This document shows positions 17,760 to 25,877 of a stretch of 41,281 bases of DNA, piece by piece (the stretch's first letter is position 1; every line of letters starts with the position of its first letter). The stretch is from Actinomyces sp. (lineage in GTDB: Bacteria > Actinomycetota > Acidimicrobiia > Acidimicrobiales > Aldehydirespiratoraceae): positions 1 to 41,281 of the forward strand of contig RFFY01000191.1 of NCBI GenBank assembly GCA_003697065.1, in the 5' to 3' direction. The notes under the pieces were generated by a model. The model saw nothing but the letters and a program-made list of their open reading frames with translations, had not been told where the DNA came from and searched no databases. Made by a program: the position numbers and the translations under genes.

Positions 17760-17772
17760 GGCCTACCCGACC

Positions 17773-18909
17773 ATGAGACGCTCCAGGGTGGGCACCGCGA
17801 TCGCCGCCGGCGTGCTGGTATGCGCCGCCGGGTTCACCGCCCTGCCCGTACTGGCCGTAGCCAACGGGTCAACCGGGACTGGCTGCGCCGTGGCGGACCC
17901 CGCCGACGACGACGGGACCCCCAGCATCCTCGGGCCCGCCACCGTGGGCGTCCCCGAGCTGCGCGCCTGGTGGGCCAGCACCGGACGCGGCCAACCGGAG
18001 CGGCTGGCCCTCGACATCGACGACCTCATCGCCTTGTATGTGACCGAGGGCGACACCGAAGGCGTTCGAGGGGACCTCGCCTTCGCCCAAGCCGTGCTCG
18101 AAACCGGCGGGTTCACCAACCGCGACACCACCATCAACAACTACGCCGGGATCGGCCACTACGACACCGCCCCCGCCGGCCTGGCGTTCCCCGACCCCAT
18201 CACCGGGGTGCGCGCCCACATCCAGCTCCTCAAGAAGTACGCCGCGGGCAACTCCGCTCCCCTGGCCACCCCCGACGTCGCCCCCGACGCCGGGGCCGCC
18301 GCCACCACCTGGGGCGGCCTGGCCGGCACCTGGGCCAGCTCCCCGGTCTACTGGCAGTCCCTCAACGCCATATGGCAGGCGATGACCACCCATGCCGGCG
18401 CCGCCCAGGTTCCCGCCCCGGCGCAAGCGGCAAGCCTGGGATGTGCTGATCTGCTCGTCGAGGTCGCCGGTGGATACGCCCTGCCCGTCGCCCGCCGCTG
18501 GTACGACCAGCACCCCGAATGGTTCAGTCGACCCCACCACGACTACCCGGCCATCGACCTCCCCGTACCCGTCGGCACCGCCCTATACGCCATCACCGAC
18601 GGGGTGATCGTGGCCACACCAACAGGAGGCCGTTGCGGCACCGGGGTCGTGCTCAACGGCGACGACCACGCCCAATACACCTACTGCCACGGGCGGACCG
18701 CCAGCACCACAGTGCGAGCCGGAGACCGGGTCCGTGCCGGCCAGCACCTGCTCGACAGCGCCTCCACCGGCAACAGCACCGGCCCCCACCTGCACCTGGC
18801 CATACTTGCCGCCGGCCAGCAGCGCTGCCCCGGGCCGCTGCTCGTCGCCATCGCCAACCAACAGCCCATCCCACCCGCGGGCCTGCCGGCCAGCGGCTGC
18901 ACCAGCTGA
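17773..18909 (+). CDS. Secreted bifunctional cell-wall hydrolase: glucosaminidase-like plus M23 peptidase (functional VirB1 analogue)
   Basis: A signal peptide is present. FAQAVLETGGFTN...NNYAGIG is a glucosaminidase-type motif. HHDYPAIDL and GNSTGPHLHL are M23 metal-binding motifs. Confidence 0.85.
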   Translation: MRRSRVGTAIAAGVLVCAAGFTALPVLAVANGSTGTGCAVADPADDDGTPSILGPATVGVPELRAWWASTGRGQPERLALDIDDLIALYVTEGDTEGVRGDLAFAQAVLETGGFTNRDTTINNYAGIGHYDTAPAGLAFPDPITGVRAHIQLLKKYAAGNSAPLATPDVAPDAGAAATTWGGLAGTWASSPVYWQSLNAIWQAMTTHAGAAQVPAPAQAASLGCADLLVEVAGGYALPVARRWYDQHPEWFSRPHHDYPAIDLPVPVGTALYAITDGVIVATPTGGRCGTGVVLNGDDHAQYTYCHGRTASTTVRAGDRVRAGQHLLDSASTGNSTGPHLHLAILAAGQQRCPGPLLVAIANQQPIPPAGLPASGCTS

Positions 18910-18936
18910 CCGCAACACCTACCGTTCATCGCCGCC

Positions 18937-19338
18937 ATGGCCCGCTTCCACGCCGTCTACTACCGGGCACGCGACGGAACCGAACCGGTCCGCGAGTTCC
19001 TCGACGCCCTCGACGACACGACCGCCGCCGTGCTCGCCCACCAGATCGACCGGCTCAACCTGCTCAGCGACCAGATGCCCCACCTGCCGTTTCCCCACAG
19101 CTCCCAGGTCGACGGCGAGCTACGGGAACTGCGCTGCCACCACGGCCGCAGCCACTACCGCATCCTCTACCGCCGCTCCGACCGGCTCCTGATCCTGCTC
19201 CACATCTTCGCCAAACGCACCGGCAAGATCCCCGCCGCCGAGATCGCCGTCGCCCAACAACGCTGGGACGACTTCAAAGACCGCATGAACACCCAGCCTC
19301 GCACCCCACCCCGGGCCGCCGGCCACGACGCCCCCTGA
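18937..19338 (+). CDS. RelE/ParE-superfamily toxin, HigB/Gp49 (DUF891)-like
   Basis: ELRELRCHHGRSHYRILYRRSDRLLILLHIFAKRTGKIPAAEIAVAQQRWDDF is the typical Gp49-like pattern. Confidence 0.8.
   Translation: MARFHAVYYRARDGTEPVREFLDALDDTTAAVLAHQIDRLNLLSDQMPHLPFPHSSQVDGELRELRCHHGRSHYRILYRRSDRLLILLHIFAKRTGKIPAAEIAVAQQRWDDFKDRMNTQPRTPPRAAGHDAP
19311..19338 (+). repeat. Direct repeat copy 1 (last 28 nt of the toxin gene, including the TGA)
   Basis: CCGGGCCGCCGGCCACGACGCCCCCTGA is identical to 19809-19837 except for one extra C in copy 2. Confidence 0.95.
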
Positions 19339-19357
19339 TCGCAAGGGTGCCGGTGTC

Positions 19358-19708
19358 TCAGGCCCCTCCGCTTGCGGTGGCGACGGTCGCCACCATGTCC
19401 GCCGTCGTGCAGAAGGTGGCGTCGGGGAACCGCTTTCGGGTGGCGGCCACCTTGTCGGGGGAGCCACCGGCGAAGACGATCGGGATGTGCCGGCGGCTCT
19501 TGGCCTCCCACAGCCACTCTGCTATCGCTCGACCGTGGGACGGAAGCCGGTCCAAGGAGACCACCATGACGTCGGGCAGAGGATCGGGCCGTTCGGGGCG
19601 ACTCCCCTGGCGCCAATGCACCATCACCTGATGGCCGGCGTCCTCCAGCGCCCGGCGTCGCTCGGCCACTTCCTGCTCATGCCAGTGAATGAGCCAGACT
19701 CTCGCCAT
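19358..19708 (-). CDS. Small protein with a CheY-like receiver-fold pattern (degenerate); function unknown
   Basis: ATG 19708 is preceded by GAGGA. RVWLIHWHEQE...DVMVVSLDRLPSHG...IPIVFAGG mimics receiver beta1/beta3/beta4 spacing but lacks the N-terminal acidic pair. A TTG start at 19735 is also possible. Confidence 0.5.
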   Translation of the reverse strand: MARVWLIHWHEQEVAERRRALEDAGHQVMVHWRQGSRPERPDPLPDVMVVSLDRLPSHGRAIAEWLWEAKSRRHIPIVFAGGSPDKVAATRKRFPDATFCTTADMVATVATASGGA

Positions 19709-19808
19709 CGCTGGTCCTCGCTTCGACGCCGACAACCCCCTGGCTGGCCCTCAAACAACTCGCCCCCCACTGACTCGGCCCGAAGCATACCCGGCCGAAG
19801 CCCGCGGA

Positions 19809-19837
19809 CCGGGCCGCCCGGCCACGACGCCCCCTGA
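19809..19837 (+). repeat. Direct repeat copy 2 (orphan copy of the toxin 3' end)
   Basis: CCGGGCCGCCCGGCCACGACGCCCCCTGA lies 8 nt upstream of the palindrome, SD and HTH gene. Confidence 0.95.
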
Positions 19838-19845
19838 CACCACCA

Positions 19846-19863
19846 GTTAGCAGAACTGCTAAC
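19846..19863. promoter_or_regulatory. Perfect palindrome GTTAGCAG-AA-CTGCTAAC, candidate operator of the downstream HTH protein
   Basis: The 8-bp arms and 2-nt spacer are AT-richer than the surroundings. The palindrome sits 25 nt upstream of ATG 19888, just before the GAGGAGG SD. Confidence 0.5.
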
Positions 19864-19887
19864 CTGCCTGCGAGGAGGTGAAACACC

Positions 19888-20232
19888 ATGCCCCCATCGC
19901 CGACCAGCCCAGCCGGCAGCAGCGTGGCCGACCACATCAGCGACCGGCGAGCCCGCAGCGCCACCTACCGCGACACCCAGGACCGGCTGCGGCCCTTCGA
20001 GGAGATCGCCCGCATGGTCATCCTGCGCCGCGCCGAACTCGGGCTGACCCAACAGGAGCTCGCCGAGCGGATGGGCACCACCAAATCGGTGATCTCCCGC
20101 ATCGAAAGCGGCCAGCACCGCACCAGCACCGAAACCCTCCGGCGGCTCGCCGAAGCCCTCGACGGTCACGCGGTGGTCGGTTTCGACTTCAACCCCGATC
20201 ACAGATCCAAGCCCGAGGTTGTGCGCCTCTGA
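19888..20232 (+). CDS. XRE-family HTH protein, HigA-like antitoxin/repressor
   Basis: A GAGGAGG SD lies 9 nt upstream. LRRAELGLTQQELAERMGTTKSVISRIESGQHRTSTETLRRLAEAL is a classic XRE HTH. Confidence 0.85.
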   Translation: MPPSPTSPAGSSVADHISDRRARSATYRDTQDRLRPFEEIARMVILRRAELGLTQQELAERMGTTKSVISRIESGQHRTSTETLRRLAEALDGHAVVGFDFNPDHRSKPEVVRL

Positions 20233-20260
20233 CGCGGCTCGCACGCAGGATCGCCGCGGG

Positions 20261-21550
20261 ATGAACTGGCCGAACTACGAGGTGGCCGTGGGTGACGAGC
20301 TCGCCCTCTATGCCGGTCCGGCCAGGGTGAACGGCCGGCCTGTCACCGCCAGAGTGTGGTTCCCGCTGGCCTCAACCGACCTGAGGTTGCGCTGGGAGGC
20401 GACTGGGGGAGCCGATCTCGACTTGCACATCACCGACCAGGGCGGCGTCACCCAGCAGGCAGCGCTGGAGATCGACCACCCGCACATCGGGTCGTTCAGG
20501 GTTGATGCCACAGTGAACGAGGCGACGACGTCGATCGCGGGGTCTGCTTCGACGACGACTGGTTTCGGGACGGTCGACTCTGAGGTCCTCGGGGACCGGG
20601 CCGGCTCGGCCCAGCTGGTCAGCTGCGGGTGGTTGAACCTGCCCTCGCTGGCAGCCACGCCAAGCGGATCGTCTGAGTATCCGACGGTGCTGTCGGCCTG
20701 CGGATGGAACCTGGCGCTAAGGCCGATCGAGCCATTCACCGAGCGGGTCCGGGAGTTCCGCCGGCGGGGCCATCCCGTTTATGTGTCGCACCACGGCGAG
20801 TTGACGCGAGCCGATGGACATGCCTTCTCTGCCGAGGACGCCTTGGAGACGTTGCATGCATTCCAGTTGGCGTTGTCGTTCGTGCTGGGTCGCTTCGTCG
20901 CACCGTTGGCCCCAGCCGGAGAGCGGCACGGTGAGGTCGCATGGGTGCTCGCTCCTGCGTGGTTCTGCGATGAGGGTGTGGCCAACGATGGGATCATCTG
21001 GCCACTCGACCCCGAGGATCTCACCGGTGCCGTGGCCCGAATAGTCGCCGGGCTCCTTGACGGCGCTGACGCCTCACATCATCTGCGCCACGTTCTCATG
21101 CATGCGGTCGGCTGCCACCGGGTCGGCTTCGCCGAGCAGCGTCTCCTGACCGCCCAGGCAGGCCTGGAGTTCTTCCACAACTGGCAGGGCGGAGCAGGCA
21201 TAGGCGGGGCGGCGACGAGGATCAGCGGACTCCTCCAAGCCGCTGGCATCTCCACCGAGCTGCCCCCGGATTTCGATGCGCTCACCCAACTCTGTAGCGA
21301 TCCGGACATCGAACGACGACCGTCGCAGACCGGGCCCGATGCGGTGGTCTGGGTCCGCAATGAGGTGACCCACCCTAAGGATCCGCGGCGGCTGTATGAC
21401 ATTGACCGGCTCGTCTATGAGGCGTCGGCTCTGGCCCGTGAATACCTCGAACTCCTGATCCTCCACCGGCTGGACTATCGGGGCTACTGGCGGAAGCTCT
21501 ACCGGCCCGGGGCTTGGGCCTTCGAGCGCGAACGAGTCCCTTGGGCCTGA
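20261..21550 (+). CDS. Protein of unknown family with a C-terminal HEPN-type RNxxxH motif
   Basis: ATG 20261 lies 29 nt after the HTH stop. The C-terminal helical region contains AVVWVRNEVTHPKD followed by LVYEASALAREYLELLILHRL. I could not assign the N-terminal ~300 aa. Confidence 0.65.
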   Translation: MNWPNYEVAVGDELALYAGPARVNGRPVTARVWFPLASTDLRLRWEATGGADLDLHITDQGGVTQQAALEIDHPHIGSFRVDATVNEATTSIAGSASTTTGFGTVDSEVLGDRAGSAQLVSCGWLNLPSLAATPSGSSEYPTVLSACGWNLALRPIEPFTERVREFRRRGHPVYVSHHGELTRADGHAFSAEDALETLHAFQLALSFVLGRFVAPLAPAGERHGEVAWVLAPAWFCDEGVANDGIIWPLDPEDLTGAVARIVAGLLDGADASHHLRHVLMHAVGCHRVGFAEQRLLTAQAGLEFFHNWQGGAGIGGAATRISGLLQAAGISTELPPDFDALTQLCSDPDIERRPSQTGPDAVVWVRNEVTHPKDPRRLYDIDRLVYEASALAREYLELLILHRLDYRGYWRKLYRPGAWAFERERVPWA

Positions 21551-21566
21551 ACAAACAGCCGCAGGT

Positions 21567-21580
21567 GAGCCATTCGGCTC
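21567..21580. terminator. Short hairpin GAGCC-ATTC-GGCTC between convergent genes
   Basis: The stem is 5 bp and lies in the 46-nt gap between stops at 21550 (+) and 21597 (-). There is no U-tract, so support is weak. Confidence 0.25.
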
Positions 21581-21596
21581 GATTGGAACCCGCCAG

Positions 21597-23156
21597 CTAC
21601 CGGCGTTGGAGGTCGAAGCGGAGTTGTTCGATGGTGTCGTCGGGGTCGCCGAGTTGGGCTTGTTGGAGGGCGGCGGCGTGTTCGCGGTAGACGGCTTCGG
21701 CACCGGCACGGTCGTCGTTGGCCAGGTGGGCGCGCATGAGAGCCTCGACCACGGTGCTGTTGAGCGGGACCGCTTGGGCGAGGCGCCGGAGAACGCCGAT
21801 GGCCTCGGTGGGCTGGTCGAGTTCGAGGTACAGCTCGGCGCACGCCTGCGCGATGGTGGCGATGCGGTACTCCCAGGTGGTGCTGTGGTGTTCGAAGTCG
21901 ACCCAACCAAACGAGGCACGAGCCGCGTTGGGGTAGGAGAAGGGCTTGCCGGTGACCAGATCGAGCGCCGCCCGGTAGTGGGCGACAGCACCGGCTGGCT
22001 CGAGGTCCGCGGCGGCTTGGACGTGCCAATCGAACAGCTCCAGATCGGTGCGCACACCCGGGCCGACGTCGTAGGTGCCGCTTCGGTTGGCCGGGAAGTG
22101 GTGGGAGCCGAGCGCGTCGCGGCATTCGGTCATGACGTCGCGCAGGCGTTTTCGATGTGAGGTGCCGTCAGAGCCGAACCAGCAAGCCTCCTCGAGGCGC
22201 TCGGTGGTCACCGACCGGTGCATGGCCAGGTAGGCGGCGACGGCGGTGGCCTTGGGCTTGAGCGGTTTCCCGCCTTCGACGCAGATGTCGCCGAGCAGCC
22301 GCACGAGCACCTCGTAGTCGGGGGGTTCGGCTGGGTGTGCAGCCGGATTGGAACCGCCTGGTGTGGCGGGCTCGGACCCGTTGGAGGACCCGGAATGTTC
22401 GGCCACGAGGAGGTCGATGAGGGTCTGTTCTTCGGGGCTTGCGGGGGTCACGAGCAGGCGGCACATATCGGCGAGCTCGTCGCCGTTGAGCTCCTGGGGT
22501 GGGCAGGCGATGTCGGCCGGCTCGAAGGTGAGGGTGTCGGGTTCGCAGCGGACGGTGGCACACGCCCCATCGAACGCTCCGACCACAACGACGGCAACCG
22601 TCGAGGGCAGGCTGGTGCGCAACGTGTCGTGGAGCCCGGACGGGGGTGGCTGGTCGGCGACCACGGCGAGCGGCACGAGCGCGTCGTGGTCGGGGTCGTG
22701 GGCCCGGCCGATGAACGAGTTTGGCCAGCCGTTGTCGGATAGTGCCTGGTGGGACTGGCCGGCCCAGGCGGCCACGTCGTCGGTGATGTCCTCCCAGGTG
22801 TTGACGACGGTGAGGTGTTCGAGGACGCTGACGTCCGCGTCTCCGACGAGGTCCCCGACAACGATGACCCGCAGTGTTTCGGCGAGGGGGCTGAGGGCCA
22901 GTTCGGTAAGGATGGACCGGGCAACGTCGGTGGCCACGGACTCGTCACCCGTAAGCGAGATCAACCCGTCGGTCTCGAGATCGAGGTAGAGCTGCGCGTC
23001 GTCTTCGGGTTGGCCGATGGTGACCAGCAGCGGTGCGGCGCATCGGGGTCCTTCGATGGCCTCAGGCTCTGGTGGGTCCAGGAGGGTCCAGATTGCGCCG
23101 TCGTCGGTGCTGTCCCATCCGGGTGGCGGGTCGGGGTCGGGCGGTTCGATCAGCAC
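21597..23156 (-). CDS. Regulator with a winged-helix (OmpR/SARP-type) plus BTAD domain in its C-terminal half
   Basis: YEVLVRLLGDICVEG...KPKATAVAAYLAMHRSVTTERLEEACW is the wHTH region. DLELFDWHVQAA...YRAALDLVTGKPF...WV..E and a TPR-like tail form the BTAD region. The N-terminal ~270 aa are unassigned. Confidence 0.7.
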   Translation of the reverse strand: MLIEPPDPDPPPGWDSTDDGAIWTLLDPPEPEAIEGPRCAAPLLVTIGQPEDDAQLYLDLETDGLISLTGDESVATDVARSILTELALSPLAETLRVIVVGDLVGDADVSVLEHLTVVNTWEDITDDVAAWAGQSHQALSDNGWPNSFIGRAHDPDHDALVPLAVVADQPPPSGLHDTLRTSLPSTVAVVVVGAFDGACATVRCEPDTLTFEPADIACPPQELNGDELADMCRLLVTPASPEEQTLIDLLVAEHSGSSNGSEPATPGGSNPAAHPAEPPDYEVLVRLLGDICVEGGKPLKPKATAVAAYLAMHRSVTTERLEEACWFGSDGTSHRKRLRDVMTECRDALGSHHFPANRSGTYDVGPGVRTDLELFDWHVQAAADLEPAGAVAHYRAALDLVTGKPFSYPNAARASFGWVDFEHHSTTWEYRIATIAQACAELYLELDQPTEAIGVLRRLAQAVPLNSTVVEALMRAHLANDDRAGAEAVYREHAAALQQAQLGDPDDTIEQLRFDLQRR

Positions 23157-24676
23157 TTCAAGGGTGTCGTCGCTGTGTCGGACGAGTCGAGGCCGACTGG
23201 CTGAGGATCGTGCGACGAGGGAGGCGGCAAGCCAGCCGAGGACGCTCTGCAGGTCTTCGATGCGGTCCTCGTCAGCCTGGGCGACGACCGCCTGATGGAG
23301 GGCCTGGTGGTCGGCCGGGGTGGGGTTTGTGATCTGTCCGGGGTGGTCGTTGGCGAAGCGGCGACGGCGTCGGTGCAGGAGCCGCTTGAGGCCGACGCCA
23401 ACGCGATGCTGGATAGTCCACCCAGGGCAACGACCGCCGGCGCGGACGCTGGCCTGTCATCGCTGCGCGGGTGCGGGGCCTGCGGGTCTGGCGGCTGCTC
23501 TGATGCCGGTTCGGTTGGCGGGGTGGGTTCGCTGTCGTCTGTCGTCGCCTCTCCGGTCTCGGGCAGCGGTGCAAAGGTGGAAGTTGGCGTGTCGGGTGCG
23601 GCCGTTTCCACCGGGGAGCGGTCAGGTGGAGGTGCCGTTCGATCATCCACGGGTGATGGCGGGGGGACGGCAGCTGGTTCAAACCCGGTGGGCGGAAGGG
23701 TGAGGATCTGGCCTGGCAGGATGAGGTCAGGGTTGCCCGGCTCCACGTAACGGCCTCGGTTCTGTTCGATCAGCTGCTGCCAGTAGGGGAGGATCTCGGT
23801 ATCTGTTGGTGACCGGCCCAGATCTGTGGCGAGGCGGTGCTCGGCGATGGTCCACAAGTTGTCGCCCGGCTCGACTGCGATCGTCTCCGACACGACTGGC
23901 GGCGAGGGTACGGTCGGGTCGACGGACCCGGACGACCTGTGGTCGGCGGTGGTGGGGCCGACCGTGGCGTCGGGGGGTAGTGCGAGAAGCCAGCCGGGGC
24001 GAAGGGTGTCGTCGTTGGGAGCGACGACGGCGCCGTCGGGCTGTACCCGCCCGACGTTGAGGTCGAGGATCTCCCGCCAGCGCAGGCCGTCACCGAGGGT
24101 GCGCTCGGCGATCGCCCAGTAGCTGTCGTGGCGCTGCACGGTGACGGTGGGCAGCGCTGATGCCGGGGGCGCTTGAGGGCCGGTGCGAGTGCCGGTCGAC
24201 GAGTTGGTATCGGGAGCCGTGCTCGGGACGGGTGGCGGTGCCGTGGTGGGGGCGACCGTGACGACCGGAGGTGTGAGCACCAGGGATGGGGTGGCGGCGT
24301 GTGCCCGGGCGGGTTGGAACGCGGAGGCGATCATGAGGATCCCGCCGATGAGGCGTGCGGCGGTGGCCTGGAACCCAGGGAGGACGGGTAGCCGGGTGGT
24401 GGGGCGGCCCCGGGCGGCAGCGATGATCTCGACGACGACCGCCAGGGTGAGCTGGGCCCAGGCGAGCCATGCGATGACGGCCAGGGTGTTGACGATGACC
24501 TCGTCGGCGATCCCAGAGCGGGCCCCATCAGCGAGGGCGTCGATGGAGGGGATGTTGGTCGGCAGTGGCCAACCGGCTCCGACGATCAGCACGGCGGGCA
24601 CCCCGGCGACCAGTCCCACGGTGAGCGAGAGTGACAGCAGGGCGCGGCTGATGCGGGGGAGGCGATGGTGGGTCAT
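23150..24676 (-). CDS. Membrane protein with two LysM-like peptidoglycan-binding repeats
   Basis: Three N-terminal TM segments are present. The LysM-like repeats are VTVQRHDSYWAIAERTLGDGLRWREILDLN and IAVEPGDNLWTIAEHRL...ILPGQILTLP. The C-terminus is P/T-rich. Confidence 0.75.
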   Translation of the reverse strand: MTHHRLPRISRALLSLSLTVGLVAGVPAVLIVGAGWPLPTNIPSIDALADGARSGIADEVIVNTLAVIAWLAWAQLTLAVVVEIIAAARGRPTTRLPVLPGFQATAARLIGGILMIASAFQPARAHAATPSLVLTPPVVTVAPTTAPPPVPSTAPDTNSSTGTRTGPQAPPASALPTVTVQRHDSYWAIAERTLGDGLRWREILDLNVGRVQPDGAVVAPNDDTLRPGWLLALPPDATVGPTTADHRSSGSVDPTVPSPPVVSETIAVEPGDNLWTIAEHRLATDLGRSPTDTEILPYWQQLIEQNRGRYVEPGNPDLILPGQILTLPPTGFEPAAVPPPSPVDDRTAPPPDRSPVETAAPDTPTSTFAPLPETGEATTDDSEPTPPTEPASEQPPDPQAPHPRSDDRPASAPAVVALGGLSSIALASASSGSCTDAVAASPTTTPDRSQTPPRPTTRPSIRRSSPRLTRTASKTCRASSAGLPPPSSHDPQPVGLDSSDTATTPLKC

Positions 24677-25065
24677 GGTTGGGCCTCGTCGACGGCGGTG
24701 GCGGTCTGGCGAACGGTGATGACCCGGTCCGGTCCGGGAAGGATGAGCATCGGTTGGGTGCGGGTGGCGGTGACGGTGATCGACGCGCGAGACACAACGG
24801 CGCTTCCGGCGAGTCCGACACGCTCGAGGTAGTCGAGCGCGGCCGACCGGGCGGCGTCGGGGTCCAGGCGCGGCTCACCGGTGGCGCGGAGCTGAGCCAG
24901 GTCGATCTGTTGGGCGCCGGCGCGGGCGGCTCGTTCGGCGGCATGGCGAGTGGCGTTGTGGGCGGTGATGACTCGACCTCCGTCGTAGGCCATGCCAGCG
25001 ACCAGGACGAGGGCAGTCGCGACGACGGCGACGAACGCGGTGATCGCGCCCCGGTCGTCGCTCAC
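24673..25065 (-). CDS. TadG-like pilus assembly protein / pseudopilin
   Basis: GTG 25065 overlaps the upstream stop (GTGA). The N-terminus SDDRGAITAFVAVVATALVLVAGMAYDGG matches the TadE/G-like N-terminal motif. Confidence 0.7.
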   Translation of the reverse strand: MSDDRGAITAFVAVVATALVLVAGMAYDGGRVITAHNATRHAAERAARAGAQQIDLAQLRATGEPRLDPDAARSAALDYLERVGLAGSAVVSRASITVTATRTQPMLILPGPDRVITVRQTATAVDEAQP

Positions 25066-25490
25066 GGGGCGCCGCTCCGGTAGATGTCGATTACCTCCAC
25101 CGCGGTGGCCCTGAACGTCCGGCGGCCGGGCACCCCCAGGAGGGTGACATCGGCCATCGAGGCTTCGCAGTTGACGGTCACGCTGACGGTGCCCCCGGGG
25201 ACGAACCGGGAGGTGTCCACCTCGACGGTGAGATCGGTGCATCGCAAGCCGGCGGCGCTGAGATTGTCGGCGGCGGCCTGACGGGCGTCCGCGGTGGCGT
25301 CGGCGGGCCGCTGGCGCAGCGACGCGGCGCGGGCAGCTGCCGTCGCTGCGCGCTCGACGTTGCCGTCGGCTTCGGCGATCCTGCCGGCGTACACGACCAG
25401 CAGCATCAGGAACAGCAGGGCCGGGGCGATCACGGCCACTTCGACCGCGACTGATCCCCGGTCGGCGCGGACGACGGGACGCCCGGTCAT
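25062..25490 (-). CDS. tadE: TadE-family pseudopilin
   Basis: ATG 25490 overlaps the upstream stop (ATGA). ADRGSVAVEVAVIAPALLFLMLLVVYAG is a TadE N-terminal signature. Confidence 0.75.
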   Translation of the reverse strand: MTGRPVVRADRGSVAVEVAVIAPALLFLMLLVVYAGRIAEADGNVERAATAAARAASLRQRPADATADARQAAADNLSAAGLRCTDLTVEVDTSRFVPGGTVSVTVNCEASMADVTLLGVPGRRTFRATAVEVIDIYRSGAP

Positions 25491-25873
25491 CGTTCCGGTT
25501 CCGGGATGAATCGCTCGACCGGGGCGGCACTGCGGGCGGTCACCGACCAGTTGAAGCCGGGAACAAGGCGAGGCGCGTCGCCGTGCACCTCGGCGGTGAC
25601 CAGGGTGGGCTTCCAGGTCACCGACACGGTGACGTTGGCGAGGTTGCCGGCCTGCGCGAGGTAGCTCCGCGCGGCGTCCTCGCCGAGCCGGGCGTCTCCG
25701 TCGGGCACCCGCGCCGTCGCTACGGCTTCGGCGGCGGCGGCGTTGGCGACCTGCTTGGCGTGCCACCACAGTCCGTACTGGACGATGAGCATGATCCAGA
25801 ACAGGACGACAGGGAAGAGAATGGCGACCTGGATTGTCGTCACACCGGTCTCGTCGTGTCGCCGCTGGCCCAT
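25487..25873 (-). CDS. tadE: TadE-family pseudopilin
   Basis: The gene starts at ATG 25873. DETGVTTIQVAILFPVVLFWIMLIVQYG is a TadE-like N-terminus. Confidence 0.7.
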   Translation of the reverse strand: MGQRRHDETGVTTIQVAILFPVVLFWIMLIVQYGLWWHAKQVANAAAAEAVATARVPDGDARLGEDAARSYLAQAGNLANVTVSVTWKPTLVTAEVHGDAPRLVPGFNWSVTARSAAPVERFIPEPER

Positions 25874-25877
25874 CGGT

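Noticed and set aside
23678-23697. GGTTCAAACCC, a T-loop-like sequence considered as a tRNA fragment or att repeat
   Set aside because: Only 8 consecutive matches to the tRNA T-arm were seen. It lies inside the LysM protein coding region and has no flanking tRNA structure.
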